A stretch of DNA of 64,000 bases from Felis catus. Lineage: Eukaryota. Where the stretch lies: positions 3,410,001 to 3,474,000 of the forward strand of contig NC_058368.1 of assembly GCF_018350175.1 (NCBI RefSeq). Reading direction: 5' to 3'. Below are positions 63,401 to 64,000 of the stretch, piece by piece. The notes under the pieces were generated by a model, which saw only the letters and a list, made by a program, of their open reading frames with translations, had not been told where the DNA came from and did no database searches. Each line of letters starts with the position of its first letter. The first letter of the stretch is position 1. The translations under genes were made by a program, and so were the position numbers.

Positions 63401-63590
63401 AAGAGAAGACACAAATAAAATCAGAAATTAAAGATCAGATAGTATAATAAAGACAAAGAAATGAATCCTAAAGAATTATCATGAACAATTATAAGCCAAC
63501 ATATTGGACAACCTAGAAGAAATGGGTACATTCCCAGAAACATACAACCTACTGAGACTGAATCAGGAATCAACAATAGAATGAATAATC
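54500..63590 (+). mobile_element. Older L1 (5'UTR, ORF1, ORF2 5' part) interrupted by SINE 55858-56062 and by L1 57351-62712
   Basis: ORF1-like 55400-56400; endonuclease 56900-57350 resumes at 62713 (FNTPLSIMDR..INKKTADLKDTIDQMDL). Confidence 0.88.
57351..62712 (-). mobile_element. Near full-length young felid L1 (ORF1 and ORF2 disrupted)
   Basis: ORF1 pieces 61972-62352 and 61546-61767; ORF2 endonuclease (NVNGLN..CCLQETH), RT ([18 protein letters not shown]) and C-terminal pieces; poly(T) at 57351; perfect TSD CAATACCCCACTTTC at 57336-57350 and 62713-62727. Confidence 0.97.
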
Positions 63591-63624
63591 AAATTGTGGT
63601 ATTCTTTTCATGTACCTTTTGTCT

Positions 63625-64000
63625 ACTTATTTTAAATTAGTTTTGTTGTCAGAACTGGTTTAGAGTTACACAAAAATTAAGGGGATAGTAAAGAGAGTTC
63701 TCATATACACAGCACCCAGTTTGCCCTATTGACAACTTACATTGGTATGGTACATTTGTTACTGCTAAGGAACCAATATAGCATTACGTATTTTTGGAAG
63801 TTTATAGTTTACTAAATCTTCTTAGCTTTTAAGTAACAATCTTTTTCTGTTCAGGATTCCATCTAGGATACCACATTCTGCCTCATCATCACAACTCCTT
63901 AGGTTCCTCTTTGTTGTGACAGTTTTTCAGTCATTCCTTGTTTTTGATGACCTTGACAGTTTTAAGTTCAAGAATTTTGTAGGATGTCTTTCTACTGGAA
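63625..64000 (-). mobile_element. Ancient L1M 3' end fragment
   Basis: tttagagttacacaaaaattaag..gagttctcatatacac..cattggtatggtacatttgttac..ttcaggattccatctaggataccaca. Confidence 0.7.

Overview
Mammalian genomic DNA, almost certainly felid, judged from the many tRNA-derived Can-SINEs of SINEC_Fc type and a young carnivore L1. I see no intact protein-coding gene; most ORFs in the supplied track come from SINEs, L1s or microsatellites. Translating splice-site-bounded segments by hand reveals two heavily decayed, multi-exon, convergent (tail-to-tail) pseudogenes of the polycystin-1 (PKD1-like) family. (A) The + strand relic (~2.3-35.8 kb, probably starting left of the window) has remnants in the order REJ-like, PKD domain, REJ, GAIN/GPS, TM1, PLAT, TM2-5, TOP, S1-S6, C-tail, AATAAA. 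(B) The - strand relic (~49.9 to ~40.5 kb) has remnants in the order GAIN, GPS, TM1, PLAT, TM2-5, TM6/TOP, S1-S5 and looks most like PKD1L2/PKD1L3. Both carry many stops, frameshifts and TE insertions inside exons. The window also holds a CpG-rich NRF1/ETS/GC-box promoter-like patch inside gene A, a degraded class I ERV (LTR, env, pol) in an intron of gene B, a 5.4 kb L1 inserted with a perfect 15-bp TSD into the endonuclease motif of an older L1, and many SINEs, MaLR LTRs, Tigger elements and microsatellites. Homology calls rest on manual translation compared with family motifs recalled from memory, with no database search, so they need tBLASTn/HMM confirmation.
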